This document shows positions 28,348-37,046 of a stretch of 64,000 nt of DNA, in pieces. A program made the position numbers and the translations under genes. Under the pieces are notes generated by a model. The model was given only the letters and a program-made list of their open reading frames with translations, was not told the DNA's origin and made no database searches. The stretch is from positions 62,001 through 126,000 of the IMG/VR virus record IMGVR_UViG_3300032285_004054; one strand, given 5' to 3'. The first letter of the stretch is position 1. Every line of letters begins with the position of its first letter.

Positions 28348-28700
28348 GCAGTTGTATCGTCGTTGTTGAACCTACCTGCAGCCTGCACACCTTTACCAAA
28401 TGTTTTAAGTTCTCTTGCTCCTGAAATTGCAGCTTTAGCAACAGGTTTTACTTTACGTAATTTTAATAAATTAATTAATGAAGCAAAAGGTATTATTGCA
28501 ATAGCACTAATACCGGCATTTATAATATGCTTCTTTCTTTCATCAGAAGTATCTGCAGCAGCAGCTCGAAATGTAGAAATAACTGTGTTAGCGATATCAG
28601 CAGGAGCTCCTACTTCTGGAACCGCACCGACAAGATCTAAAGCTGCTTGTACTTTATTAACTGAATCTTCGTTGCTCTTATAAAAATCCTTAAAAGACAT
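28344..28700 (-). CDS. Small protein: capsid-targeting-like leader plus pre-toxin-like helical module
   Basis: MSFKDFYKSNE then LDLVGAVPEVGAPADIAN...AGISAIAIIP; TAAGTA at 28711-28716. Confidence 0.55.
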   Translation of the reverse strand: MSFKDFYKSNEDSVNKVQAALDLVGAVPEVGAPADIANTVISTFRAAAADTSDERKKHIINAGISAIAIIPFASLINLLKLRKVKPVAKAAISGARELKTFGKGVQAAGRFNNDDTTA

Positions 28701-28717
28701 AGTGTGTTATTACTTAA

Positions 28718-28915
28718 TCAAATTTCATAGAACCAATTCTTCTTAAACTCTTCAAACTTTTTTTTCCATAGAGTATACTTCTTAAATCTCTTTCCAGCTT
28801 TTCTGCCTTTCTTTTTTACTTTCTTAACCCCTTTAAAGATCATCCAAAAGAACCCAAGCATTCCTAGAGCAAAGAGAGCCATAGTGACATGACCTATGAG
28901 TTGAAAAGGTGTCAT
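28718..28915 (-). CDS. Small TM protein with lysine-rich tail
   Basis: One TM helix followed by a poly-basic segment; TAAATA at 28921-28926. Confidence 0.6.
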   Translation of the reverse strand: MTPFQLIGHVTMALFALGMLGFFWMIFKGVKKVKKKGRKAGKRFKKYTLWKKKFEEFKKNWFYEI

Positions 28916-28919
28916 AGTA

Positions 28920-29777
28920 TTATTTAATATTCAATATATCGGAAATAAACTTTTTAGCTGTTTGAGAAGTTGTATTGTTGTTTAAGAAATGATTCTCAAA
29001 ACGTTCAATATATTTTTCATATACTGTTTCGTATTTCTCGTTTAGAATATCTTTATTTACATTAATACATAGTTCTTTAGGAAAAGAAGTCATTGTGTTA
29101 GTAGGACATAGTTCGATATTTTTAAACAACGGTATACAACCATTACCTAAAATTTCGTAATGCCTCATACAATCCCAGCCTGCTTTTTTACATGTAACTC
29201 CGAACCGAGCATCATTATAGTCTTTATAATAATCTGTTTCATTATTATAAATGTATGTTGTTTTGTCTAGCGGTGTTATGTATGATGTATCTTTTATTTT
29301 CTTCTTATTAAAGTTTACTTTACTAGTTGGTAATCCAAACGAAATCGGTAGTAGTCGTTCTTTTGTGTATATTAATTCTCTCTTAAAATAGCAAATTCCT
29401 AAATCATATACAGGGTGTATATTAACTTCATCTTCACCGTCTACACAAATAATTTTATCTTTTGAATAATACTCTAGAATATTTTCTATATAGTCGTTAC
29501 ATCTCCAAATAGAGCCGTATACTATTAAATCGAAGTATTTGTTTTTAATTTTATTTGTTATATCCGTTCTATCTACTTCTAAATCCTCTAGTACTCTTGT
29601 TACGGTCATACCTTTACCGTACATTTGTTTAGCAACGTTCTCGCTGTAGCTTAGATAGCTGTGTTGTTGCTTTTGTATATCTACAACATTAGCCCCGTAC
29701 AACTCTTTTAACCCTATTAAAAGACAATCGTTTTGATAATCAAGATGATCACCTTTTGTGAAGTACAATATTTTCAT
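28920..29777 (-). CDS. Glycosyltransferase-like protein (GT-B, exostosin-like C-terminal motif)
   Basis: YFKRE and KAGWDCMRHYEILGNGCIP. Confidence 0.55.
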   Translation of the reverse strand: MKILYFTKGDHLDYQNDCLLIGLKELYGANVVDIQKQQHSYLSYSENVAKQMYGKGMTVTRVLEDLEVDRTDITNKIKNKYFDLIVYGSIWRCNDYIENILEYYSKDKIICVDGEDEVNIHPVYDLGICYFKRELIYTKERLLPISFGLPTSKVNFNKKKIKDTSYITPLDKTTYIYNNETDYYKDYNDARFGVTCKKAGWDCMRHYEILGNGCIPLFKNIELCPTNTMTSFPKELCINVNKDILNEKYETVYEKYIERFENHFLNNNTTSQTAKKFISDILNIK

Positions 29778-29778
29778 A

Positions 29779-29949
29779 TTAATATAATTCTTTGTACTCT
29801 ATATAGCTCTCTAAAATCTTGTCTTCAAACTTAAATTGAAGACACTCTTTACCGTCTTGTGTATATCTTTGAATAAAGATAACTTGTGTCAAGGGTACCC
29901 ATTGTTTGATATCCTCTACCCATACTGATGCTATTCTTACACCATACAT
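29779..29949 (-). CDS. Hypothetical 56 aa protein
   Basis: MYGVRIASVWVEDIKQWVPL...KELY; TAATG-coupled to the upstream ORF; below the track cutoff. Confidence 0.55.
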   Translation of the reverse strand: MYGVRIASVWVEDIKQWVPLTQVIFIQRYTQDGKECLQFKFEDKILESYIEYKELY

Positions 29950-30140
29950 TATTTGTTGCAGTGATAATTTATAAAGCGTTGAGCGGCTTTTGCAACATTA
30001 CTACCTTTATTCTTTTGCCCTGCTTTAATAGAACGAGCTTTTGAACAAGTAACCTTACCAGATACTCTACGCTTGAGTATACCTGGTCTTACTGGGTCAT
30101 TAATATTCTTTTCCAGTAGGTATTGTTTGAACGTTTGCAT
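29949..30140 (-). CDS. Small basic protein with capsid-targeting-like leader
   Basis: MQTFKQYLLE then a K/R-rich body. Confidence 0.7.
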   Translation of the reverse strand: MQTFKQYLLEKNINDPVRPGILKRRVSGKVTCSKARSIKAGQKNKGSNVAKAAQRFINYHCNK

Positions 30141-31401
30141 TTGGATGTTTAATAGCTATTTTCGGTCCACCGAGTGATATAGTTGCGATAGTAATATATT
30201 TTTCTAAATCATTATGAGGTACGTAAATATAACCTGCTGGCGATACAACGAATAGACCTGTAAGATGAGAAGGAAATAAACTCTTAATGCTTTCAGGACT
30301 CTTAATCATTTCCTGAATATCATTTACTTTATCAAGTATGTTTAGTTTTGAAACGGATTTAAAAAATTCTCTCCAACTAGATTCTCCTTCACCTGTAATA
30401 TGTACTTTAGCTTTTGAAAGTTTTTTGTCAACTATTTTAGCTGTCTTTTCAATTTCTTGATCTAAAGCTGAAGCTTTTTCGGAATTTGGTGCACTGTAAT
30501 AGCTCTTAAAGGTCTTTTTAAGAGCAGCGACTCTAGGATTATCTTCTTGAGATTTATGATCACTAGGTTCTTCACCTGCTTCTACTTGTTCATTTTCTTC
30601 TATATTGTTAATAATTGTACCGAACGTTTTAACAGACATTAAAACTCTAATACCGCCTCTAGTAAGTGCAGGTTCTTTATCAGAGTAAATAAGTGAAAAA
30701 GGAAACTCTTTTGTGTCAGATAAAATACCTTTAACCCATTTTTCAATAGACCAGCTTGTTCTTCTAAGCATTAGTTTATCGTACTGTGCACGTCCTTTAA
30801 CTGCTCTTTTACCGGGTTCTTTAACTTCTGGTAAATGAGAAACAATATAGTTGTTGATATAGGTCTTATCTTCCTCGCTTAATAGATCATATTCATCTAA
30901 AATATCGTTTAAAACATGCTTAACTTCACTAAAAAATTTCTTTGTAAAATTGGCGCCATGTTTCGCAATACGTACAGACCCTTCTTCAATCATTTTAACC
31001 TCGAAAGTATATTCAGGATGTTCTTTTGTAGGCCAAGAAACATCATAAGATTTGTTCTGTCCTGAAATAAGCTTCAAACACTGATTAGGATCTGTTATAC
31101 CTGTAATAACAGATGCAACAGCTAATTCACCCGGACCTGCGCCTGACTTTTCCTCTTCGAGTTCTGGGTAATCACTTGTTGTTTCTATCTGTTTACTAGC
31201 TGTAAGATTGTACAGATTTTGCTGTACTGGTGTCCAGGGTACAACATTTAGTATTGGTTTTGTTACATCTATACGAATACCTTCTTGAGCCTCTTCGTGT
31301 ATAGAGGTATATGCTTCATTGAGGGTACGATATTGAGATTTGTAATTGGTGTCACCAATAACTTTTTCGTATGTCTGTGTTAAAAAATGATTTTGTGACA
31401 T
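30100..31401 (-). CDS. PD-(D/E)XK restriction-endonuclease-like protein
   Basis: GAGPGELAV...SYDV-x10-FEVK; start probably ATG 31401 after TAAATA at 31412-31417. Confidence 0.5.
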   Translation of the reverse strand: MSQNHFLTQTYEKVIGDTNYKSQYRTLNEAYTSIHEEAQEGIRIDVTKPILNVVPWTPVQQNLYNLTASKQIETTSDYPELEEEKSGAGPGELAVASVITGITDPNQCLKLISGQNKSYDVSWPTKEHPEYTFEVKMIEEGSVRIAKHGANFTKKFFSEVKHVLNDILDEYDLLSEEDKTYINNYIVSHLPEVKEPGKRAVKGRAQYDKLMLRRTSWSIEKWVKGILSDTKEFPFSLIYSDKEPALTRGGIRVLMSVKTFGTIINNIEENEQVEAGEEPSDHKSQEDNPRVAALKKTFKSYYSAPNSEKASALDQEIEKTAKIVDKKLSKAKVHITGEGESSWREFFKSVSKLNILDKVNDIQEMIKSPESIKSLFPSHLTGLFVVSPAGYIYVPHNDLEKYITIATISLGGPKIAIKHPNANVQTIPTGKEY

Positions 31402-31490
31402 TTGTGTATAGTATTTAAGGTCGAATATAAAGGAAAATGCTGTGATGTGCAAGTCCAAAAGTTACTCTAACTTTGAATAAATATTAATAG

Positions 31491-32285
31491 ATGAGCAAAA
31501 AAAGCTCTCGTCGAAAGACGAATAAGCAAGACGGGTCTACCCAGATGGTAACAGTATCTGGTGGTGATCACTCCCCTTACGTGTTCCAACGCGATAAGAT
31601 AAACTTCGACCTCATTATAAGAGAACTACCCTGGACGGAAAAACAGAGAGAGATAATAAACCTGTTTTTAGACAAATCCTGTAAAGTATTGTTTTTAAAA
31701 GGTGTGGCTGGTTCTTCCAAGACATTGTTATCAATGTATCTCGGATTACAGCTTTTAAATACTAGAAAGGTATCAGATATTGTTTTAGTTCGTTCAGCTG
31801 TTGAATCTGCTGATTCAAAACTTGGTTTCTTACCAGGAGATCTTGTAGATAAGTTTAACGTCTATTTGACACCTTTTAACGAAAAGTTCTCTGAGCTTTT
31901 ACCAAAACCTATTATCGATAAACTTGAAAAAGATAATAGATTAACAATGTGCCCGGTTAATTTTGCTAGAGGGTTGCACTTCTCAGCTAAGTTCGTTTGC
32001 TGTGATGAAGCTCAAAACTTAACACGTAAAGAACTATTAACTGTGTTAACACGTTTAGGTTTATTTACAAAAACAATTATTTGTGGGGATCCTGATCAGT
32101 CTGACTTACCTACAGGTAGATCAGGCTTTAAAGAAGTGTATAACTTATTTGATTGCGAAGAAGCAAAAGAAATGGGAATACATTGTATTGAATTAACAGA
32201 ACTAGATGTAGTTAGATCTGAACTATGTAAGTTTGTTGTTAAGAAGTTTAAAGAGCTTCCTCAGGTAGTAATTAAACACCACTAG
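31491..32285 (+). CDS. phoH: PhoH-family ATPase
   Basis: GVAGSSKT, RSAVE, LGFLPG, ARG, DEAQN, GDPDQSD and DVVRS. Confidence 0.92.
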   Translation: MSKKSSRRKTNKQDGSTQMVTVSGGDHSPYVFQRDKINFDLIIRELPWTEKQREIINLFLDKSCKVLFLKGVAGSSKTLLSMYLGLQLLNTRKVSDIVLVRSAVESADSKLGFLPGDLVDKFNVYLTPFNEKFSELLPKPIIDKLEKDNRLTMCPVNFARGLHFSAKFVCCDEAQNLTRKELLTVLTRLGLFTKTIICGDPDQSDLPTGRSGFKEVYNLFDCEEAKEMGIHCIELTELDVVRSELCKFVVKKFKELPQVVIKHH

Positions 32286-32318
32286 CATCTGTTATTTTTT
32301 AACATAAGTAGTAGTACT

Positions 32319-32873
32319 ATGTTAAACGATGACCTGACGTTTGTACCTCATTTATCAACAGTATTTGGGGAGGAAGTATTTACCTACTCCCCAGAACTTA
32401 CAAGTGCTTTACATTCTGCACTTACTGCTAATAACTTCTTTGATCATTTAACAACTATCCAGTCCTTTCTGTCGAGTTTCAGAGGTATACCTGAACATCC
32501 ATGGGAAGCGTTAAAGTATCAACATCTAGGCCCTGATTGGACTCCTCCTGCTCTTTCAAGTCTTGAAGTACCGGAAGACTTTAAACCGCACGAGCATATT
32601 AAAATAATGAATAATATTTCAACGAAGTATCATAATGTCTTAATGGACGAGATACAAAATGCTGAAGGAGGGTTACTTGATACTAATAAACTATCTAATG
32701 TACATTATACGGTTCTTTCGGCAGATGAACATGTTTACCATCCTGATGTACATCGTAACTATATCGGGTTTATAGAGACATTACGTTCTATTGAAACAGC
32801 TGATATTAAAGCAGATCCTCACACGGTAGCTAAAAAATTAATACATCACTATACATCCGGGTTTAGTGTTTAA
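32319..32873 (+). CDS. Hypothetical protein
   Basis: 184 aa; TAAGTA at 32305-32310. Confidence 0.65.
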   Translation: MLNDDLTFVPHLSTVFGEEVFTYSPELTSALHSALTANNFFDHLTTIQSFLSSFRGIPEHPWEALKYQHLGPDWTPPALSSLEVPEDFKPHEHIKIMNNISTKYHNVLMDEIQNAEGGLLDTNKLSNVHYTVLSADEHVYHPDVHRNYIGFIETLRSIETADIKADPHTVAKKLIHHYTSGFSV

Positions 32874-34816
32874 ACTGCGTATGTATCTGTAGCTTTTGCT
32901 ACAACTATCTTGAGAGGCTGTAAGATAGGCTCTAAGAACCCTGGTCTGTCTTGATCTGGGTTTGCTGTTGCAGGTATTTTCTCTTTCTTAGCAGATGAAT
33001 TTTCTCGAACTGATTTAGCGTCATCTAATAACTTAATATTAGGTGCTTCAAATTCGTGAGTATGGAACATATCAGGTAACTGATGCTGGTGAGGGAAGTT
33101 GTTTAAATCACATGGTCCAACTGCTTCAATAGTAGCAGGGTAACCATCTATTAATACTGACCATGTAGTACCCGGTATAATCCAGCCTGTAGGTTCCTGT
33201 TCATAAGGATTACACAGATATGATAAATGCTTCATATGATCATTTAACTTCTGTTGACCCTTAGGAGATGCAAGAGATAAGGAAGGATCTGTAGCCCATA
33301 TAGCAACATCTCTCTGCATATTTTCGATATGTTTAGATATTGCTTTTACAGCTATACCTCCCCAGGCAGCCATACCTGAATTCATATCAGGTGGACCAGA
33401 AAATTTTGTACGCTTAATAGTTGAAGGAGCTGATGCGGATATAAACGACAAGTCTCCTTCAACGTGAGCGCCGCCACCTACAACCATATTACTTGCTACT
33501 CCTAACGTACCCTGAACAACAACTTGACTGTCGCCGTCAGTTGCATTTAATGCAAGTGTTTTACCTGTTAATTGTAAATGATGACCTGAAACTGTAACAG
33601 GCCCTGACTGCGAACCTATTGTTACTTCTGGCCCTGTAATCTTAGTTATACCTCCTGCAATATTAACAGGACCGTGAGTAACAAGTTCAATACCTTGTGC
33701 TCCACTAAAAGCAGTAAATTTATTACTGCATTTAATAACGTAATGGCCTCCGGGAGTTGAAGGAGGATTTGTACCATAAACAGCTGGTGACTTCTTATTA
33801 ACAGTAACTTGCGCAACATCAGTACCGTGATATCCTGGAGCCTGAGTACCTTCAGGATCAACACGATAAGAGGTAGCGTTATTCATACCTAGTCCTACTT
33901 CCAAGCAATCATGACCTGCAATAATAGAATAACGGTTACCGCAACCTGATGGAGCACCAGCATTAGCTTCATGTTTCATTATCTCATCTTTTTTACTATC
34001 TAAATGCTGAGCGGCTTTTTTAGCATTTATACCTGATTGACCAGACGAATCTTTAACCTTATTTTTACCTTCGCATGTAGGACACTTACCTTTTTTAAAT
34101 AGTGAAGTAACATCTACTGCGTGTATTGTACCGTTAATGAAATCATCAATACCACCTACAACAGATCTTATTGCAAGAGGCGCACGAGGAAAGAAAGCTG
34201 TTAAATCGATATACTTTTTACCTGCTTTATTTTCTAGTGTTTTCTTCTTACCGCCATCACAAGTTGGGCAAGGAATTGTTAGAAGTTCCCAAGGAAAAGT
34301 ATCGCATAAGTTACTATTAACGCTATGTTTTCTATTGGGGTTGTTTAGAGGATCGTTAGGACCAAATGATGGTATATTAGGGTCATCAATAGGAGGACCA
34401 AAACGATAATAAGCAGCGTACGTACCTGATCTTGAACCTGTTTGTGTTCTAGGTACATCGTATACACTAACAGTTGAAGACGGGCTAGGTATCGTTGTAT
34501 GTAAATTTTGATCAAAAACCGGTACAGGTGTCTGAGAAATATCTGCTATTTTTGTACGTATTATGTCATTACCTACATTCGGAGAAGGAGTAGATACACT
34601 CTCTACTGATATACCTGAAGGTCCTAAGTTACTATAGTTACCTGCTAAATTAGATGCAGCTTGTGTAACCGGTATAACCGGAGCTGCAGTATTACCTGTT
34701 GCACACGGTTCTACAGATAACGCTACATTAAACGTTCCTGTAATATCGGTTGAGTTTAAAAGTGAAGCGTTTATATTTTGATCTTCAAACGCTGTATAAT
34801 TGTTACTAATGTCCAT
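32870..34816 (-). CDS. Baseplate central spike, C-terminal part (gp5C-like beta-helix with HxH apex and CxxC pairs)
   Basis: Beta-strand repeats; CPTCDG and CPTCEG; PHQH...HTHE near the C-terminus; directly follows the gp5-like OB gene. Confidence 0.6.
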   Translation of the reverse strand: MDISNNYTAFEDQNINASLLNSTDITGTFNVALSVEPCATGNTAAPVIPVTQAASNLAGNYSNLGPSGISVESVSTPSPNVGNDIIRTKIADISQTPVPVFDQNLHTTIPSPSSTVSVYDVPRTQTGSRSGTYAAYYRFGPPIDDPNIPSFGPNDPLNNPNRKHSVNSNLCDTFPWELLTIPCPTCDGGKKKTLENKAGKKYIDLTAFFPRAPLAIRSVVGGIDDFINGTIHAVDVTSLFKKGKCPTCEGKNKVKDSSGQSGINAKKAAQHLDSKKDEIMKHEANAGAPSGCGNRYSIIAGHDCLEVGLGMNNATSYRVDPEGTQAPGYHGTDVAQVTVNKKSPAVYGTNPPSTPGGHYVIKCSNKFTAFSGAQGIELVTHGPVNIAGGITKITGPEVTIGSQSGPVTVSGHHLQLTGKTLALNATDGDSQVVVQGTLGVASNMVVGGGAHVEGDLSFISASAPSTIKRTKFSGPPDMNSGMAAWGGIAVKAISKHIENMQRDVAIWATDPSLSLASPKGQQKLNDHMKHLSYLCNPYEQEPTGWIIPGTTWSVLIDGYPATIEAVGPCDLNNFPHQHQLPDMFHTHEFEAPNIKLLDDAKSVRENSSAKKEKIPATANPDQDRPGFLEPILQPLKIVVAKATDTYAV

Positions 34817-34825
34817 TTTATATTA

Positions 34826-37021
34826 TTAGTTTTGTTTCATTATTTCGTTTGCTTGATTAAGAATATCTTGTATACCTTTAACAGCATCAAACGCTTTTTG
34901 TGTTATATTACCAACTTTAACAAAGTGATCGCCCATAGTTACCATATTGTGATCTCCTTGTGTGTAATGTTCTCTATTACCTAAGGCAGCATCAAAAGAA
35001 TGTCCATCAGATTGTTTATAAAAATCATCTGGTGAATATAATACGGTGTGATCATTTTGAAATGCTAAGTGGGCACCATTATGATTAGCAATTTTAATGC
35101 CTCGTTGATCACCAATAGAATCTCCTGACGAATCATTGAATAAAATAGCTCCTGAACCGTTCGGTCTAAAGACAGAAGACTGCGTATATACTTTATTATC
35201 ACTACTATCGTTTGCGTTAGGGTAGTAAAGTGGTGGCGAGCTACCATGATATGCACTCGCCCATTCAGTAGGCCCGAAGCTTGCTGCAAAATAAACTGGG
35301 AATAACGGATTACCTTCTTGGAAGAATACCCATAAAAACGCTCCTTCATTGGGTACTGCAAACATACCTTGTGCCATACCGTTAGTATCTGTCGGAGAAG
35401 GTCCTTTACCTGTTGTTGTTTGAATTACATTTGAACTCGGTGCTTTACCACCTGTGCCCTTTGAACCGCCTCCGCCGTCACCAACGGTCTTATCAGACAT
35501 TGGCTGTCCGCCATAAGCGGCTTGCGCTTTTCTATACTGACTATTTGTTTTAGACCCTAAACTCTGAACAGCACAAAATAGATTACTCAATTTACCTTCA
35601 TACGCTGCAGGTGTATTAGTAAAGAAGTCAAAATGGAAATAACAACGCTCAGCGTTACCGGTATCAGTAACAGTGTATGTACCTGCAGGATTATTACCTG
35701 AAGGATTAAACGGTGATTTATCGTTATTGAATATACTTAAAACAGTACCTCCGGGGTAGTGAGTTGAGCCTACAGTGTGATCTGCATTTAATGGTCCGTA
35801 ACAACCGTTGTAAGCGTCTGCAAGGTTCAGGGTACCTGTTCTCATACCTCGGGCGTTCATACTAGCTTCCTGTCTTGCAATAAATTCAGGTGAATATTTT
35901 GCTAAAATTTCAGGAGGTCGCTGAGACGGTTTAATATCAAGAAGAGTGGTAAGATCGGTTTCTGGTCCTCCGTAGGTTGTACCGCTACAAGGTTCAAGAG
36001 ATGAATTAGGAAATTGAGGTGTAACACCTTTTGTATCTGGTTTAGCGTCTTGTCCTTCTTGACCTTGTAAAGCAGGTGCACCCTCAGGGTTTTTAAAAGG
36101 CATTGCAGCAGGTCTTAGCCCTTGGGCACTACCATCTGGAGCAGCAGTTGTAGCATTAGCTGTTGTAGGGGCTTGATCTGTTGCAGTTGAGTTATTCGTA
36201 ACAGCTGTAGGATCAATTTGAGCACCAGGTTCAGCTCGTTGATACATTTCCTGTGAAGGTAGGTATACCTGAATGTTTGAAGCATTACCGTTATACGCAT
36301 TACCTGGCCCTGCTTCACTCCAAACCCATTTACCGGTACCATCTGATAATTCCATATGGCCGTTTTCACCGCCATTAGAAACCTTTACAGCACCAGGAGG
36401 ATATGTTGCATTAGGATCATATGCTACAGGCTGAAAACCTGCTTTGACTAAATTTGGACCAAAATCTTTAGCAGATGCTGTTGGTGCAATATTAACACCG
36501 AATGTCTTATTAAGAGCGTTTGTACTAATAGCTGCACAATACGTACTAGCACCTGTTGTACCTGTTTTAGGGTTATAATGCTTTGGGTAGTTGGTTGCAG
36601 CTATAATTTTTTGACCTAACGAAGAAGCTGACGAAGAATCTAGTAATGATTTACCTGCTGCAAGAGCACCAGAAGCAAGATTTGTTGCACCTGCTACTGC
36701 TCTACCTAGTACATCTTTTGCACTTTGTAGCCAATTACCTGTACTGGAATCTCTGTGCCCTGCAGTACATGAACCAATAATCGGTGAAGCTGCTTCGCAC
36801 CAGGGAAGAATTTTCTGTAATGTTTTTAAAACATTGTCATCTAATGCTCCGTTTAAATTTGCACCTAATGATTTTATATTAATATCAGTACCTGCTTGAT
36901 TCCATTTTTCATATAGAGCAGGCATGATATGAGGAATGAATACCTTAACACGACCTCTAAATTCAGGGTCTTTGTTATAAACACAAACTCCCAAATAATT
37001 ACCGTAATATTCTTTCATCAT
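34826..37021 (-). CDS. gp5: Baseplate hub gp5-like OB-fold protein with inserted CHAP-like and 3D domains
   Basis: YLGVCVYNKDPEFRGRVKVFIP...LPWCE and GMFAVPNEGAFLWVFFQEGNPLFPVY OB halves flank the catalytic domains. Confidence 0.75.
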   Translation of the reverse strand: MMKEYYGNYLGVCVYNKDPEFRGRVKVFIPHIMPALYEKWNQAGTDINIKSLGANLNGALDDNVLKTLQKILPWCEAASPIIGSCTAGHRDSSTGNWLQSAKDVLGRAVAGATNLASGALAAGKSLLDSSSASSLGQKIIAATNYPKHYNPKTGTTGASTYCAAISTNALNKTFGVNIAPTASAKDFGPNLVKAGFQPVAYDPNATYPPGAVKVSNGGENGHMELSDGTGKWVWSEAGPGNAYNGNASNIQVYLPSQEMYQRAEPGAQIDPTAVTNNSTATDQAPTTANATTAAPDGSAQGLRPAAMPFKNPEGAPALQGQEGQDAKPDTKGVTPQFPNSSLEPCSGTTYGGPETDLTTLLDIKPSQRPPEILAKYSPEFIARQEASMNARGMRTGTLNLADAYNGCYGPLNADHTVGSTHYPGGTVLSIFNNDKSPFNPSGNNPAGTYTVTDTGNAERCYFHFDFFTNTPAAYEGKLSNLFCAVQSLGSKTNSQYRKAQAAYGGQPMSDKTVGDGGGGSKGTGGKAPSSNVIQTTTGKGPSPTDTNGMAQGMFAVPNEGAFLWVFFQEGNPLFPVYFAASFGPTEWASAYHGSSPPLYYPNANDSSDNKVYTQSSVFRPNGSGAILFNDSSGDSIGDQRGIKIANHNGAHLAFQNDHTVLYSPDDFYKQSDGHSFDAALGNREHYTQGDHNMVTMGDHFVKVGNITQKAFDAVKGIQDILNQANEIMKQN

Positions 37022-37046
37022 GTTAGTTACTTAATTTTGTTATCAA

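Noticed and set aside
31402-31458. Longer N-termini given in the ORF track (31458, 26959, 48301, 17302)
   Set aside because: Promoter position or gene overlap favours downstream ATGs at 31401, 26920 and 48364; 17260 is preferred because the 17302 extension starts at TTG beside the rnh promoter
34817-34828. Stop readthrough fusing the two in-frame gp5-like ORFs
   Set aside because: Two consecutive TAA codons separate them
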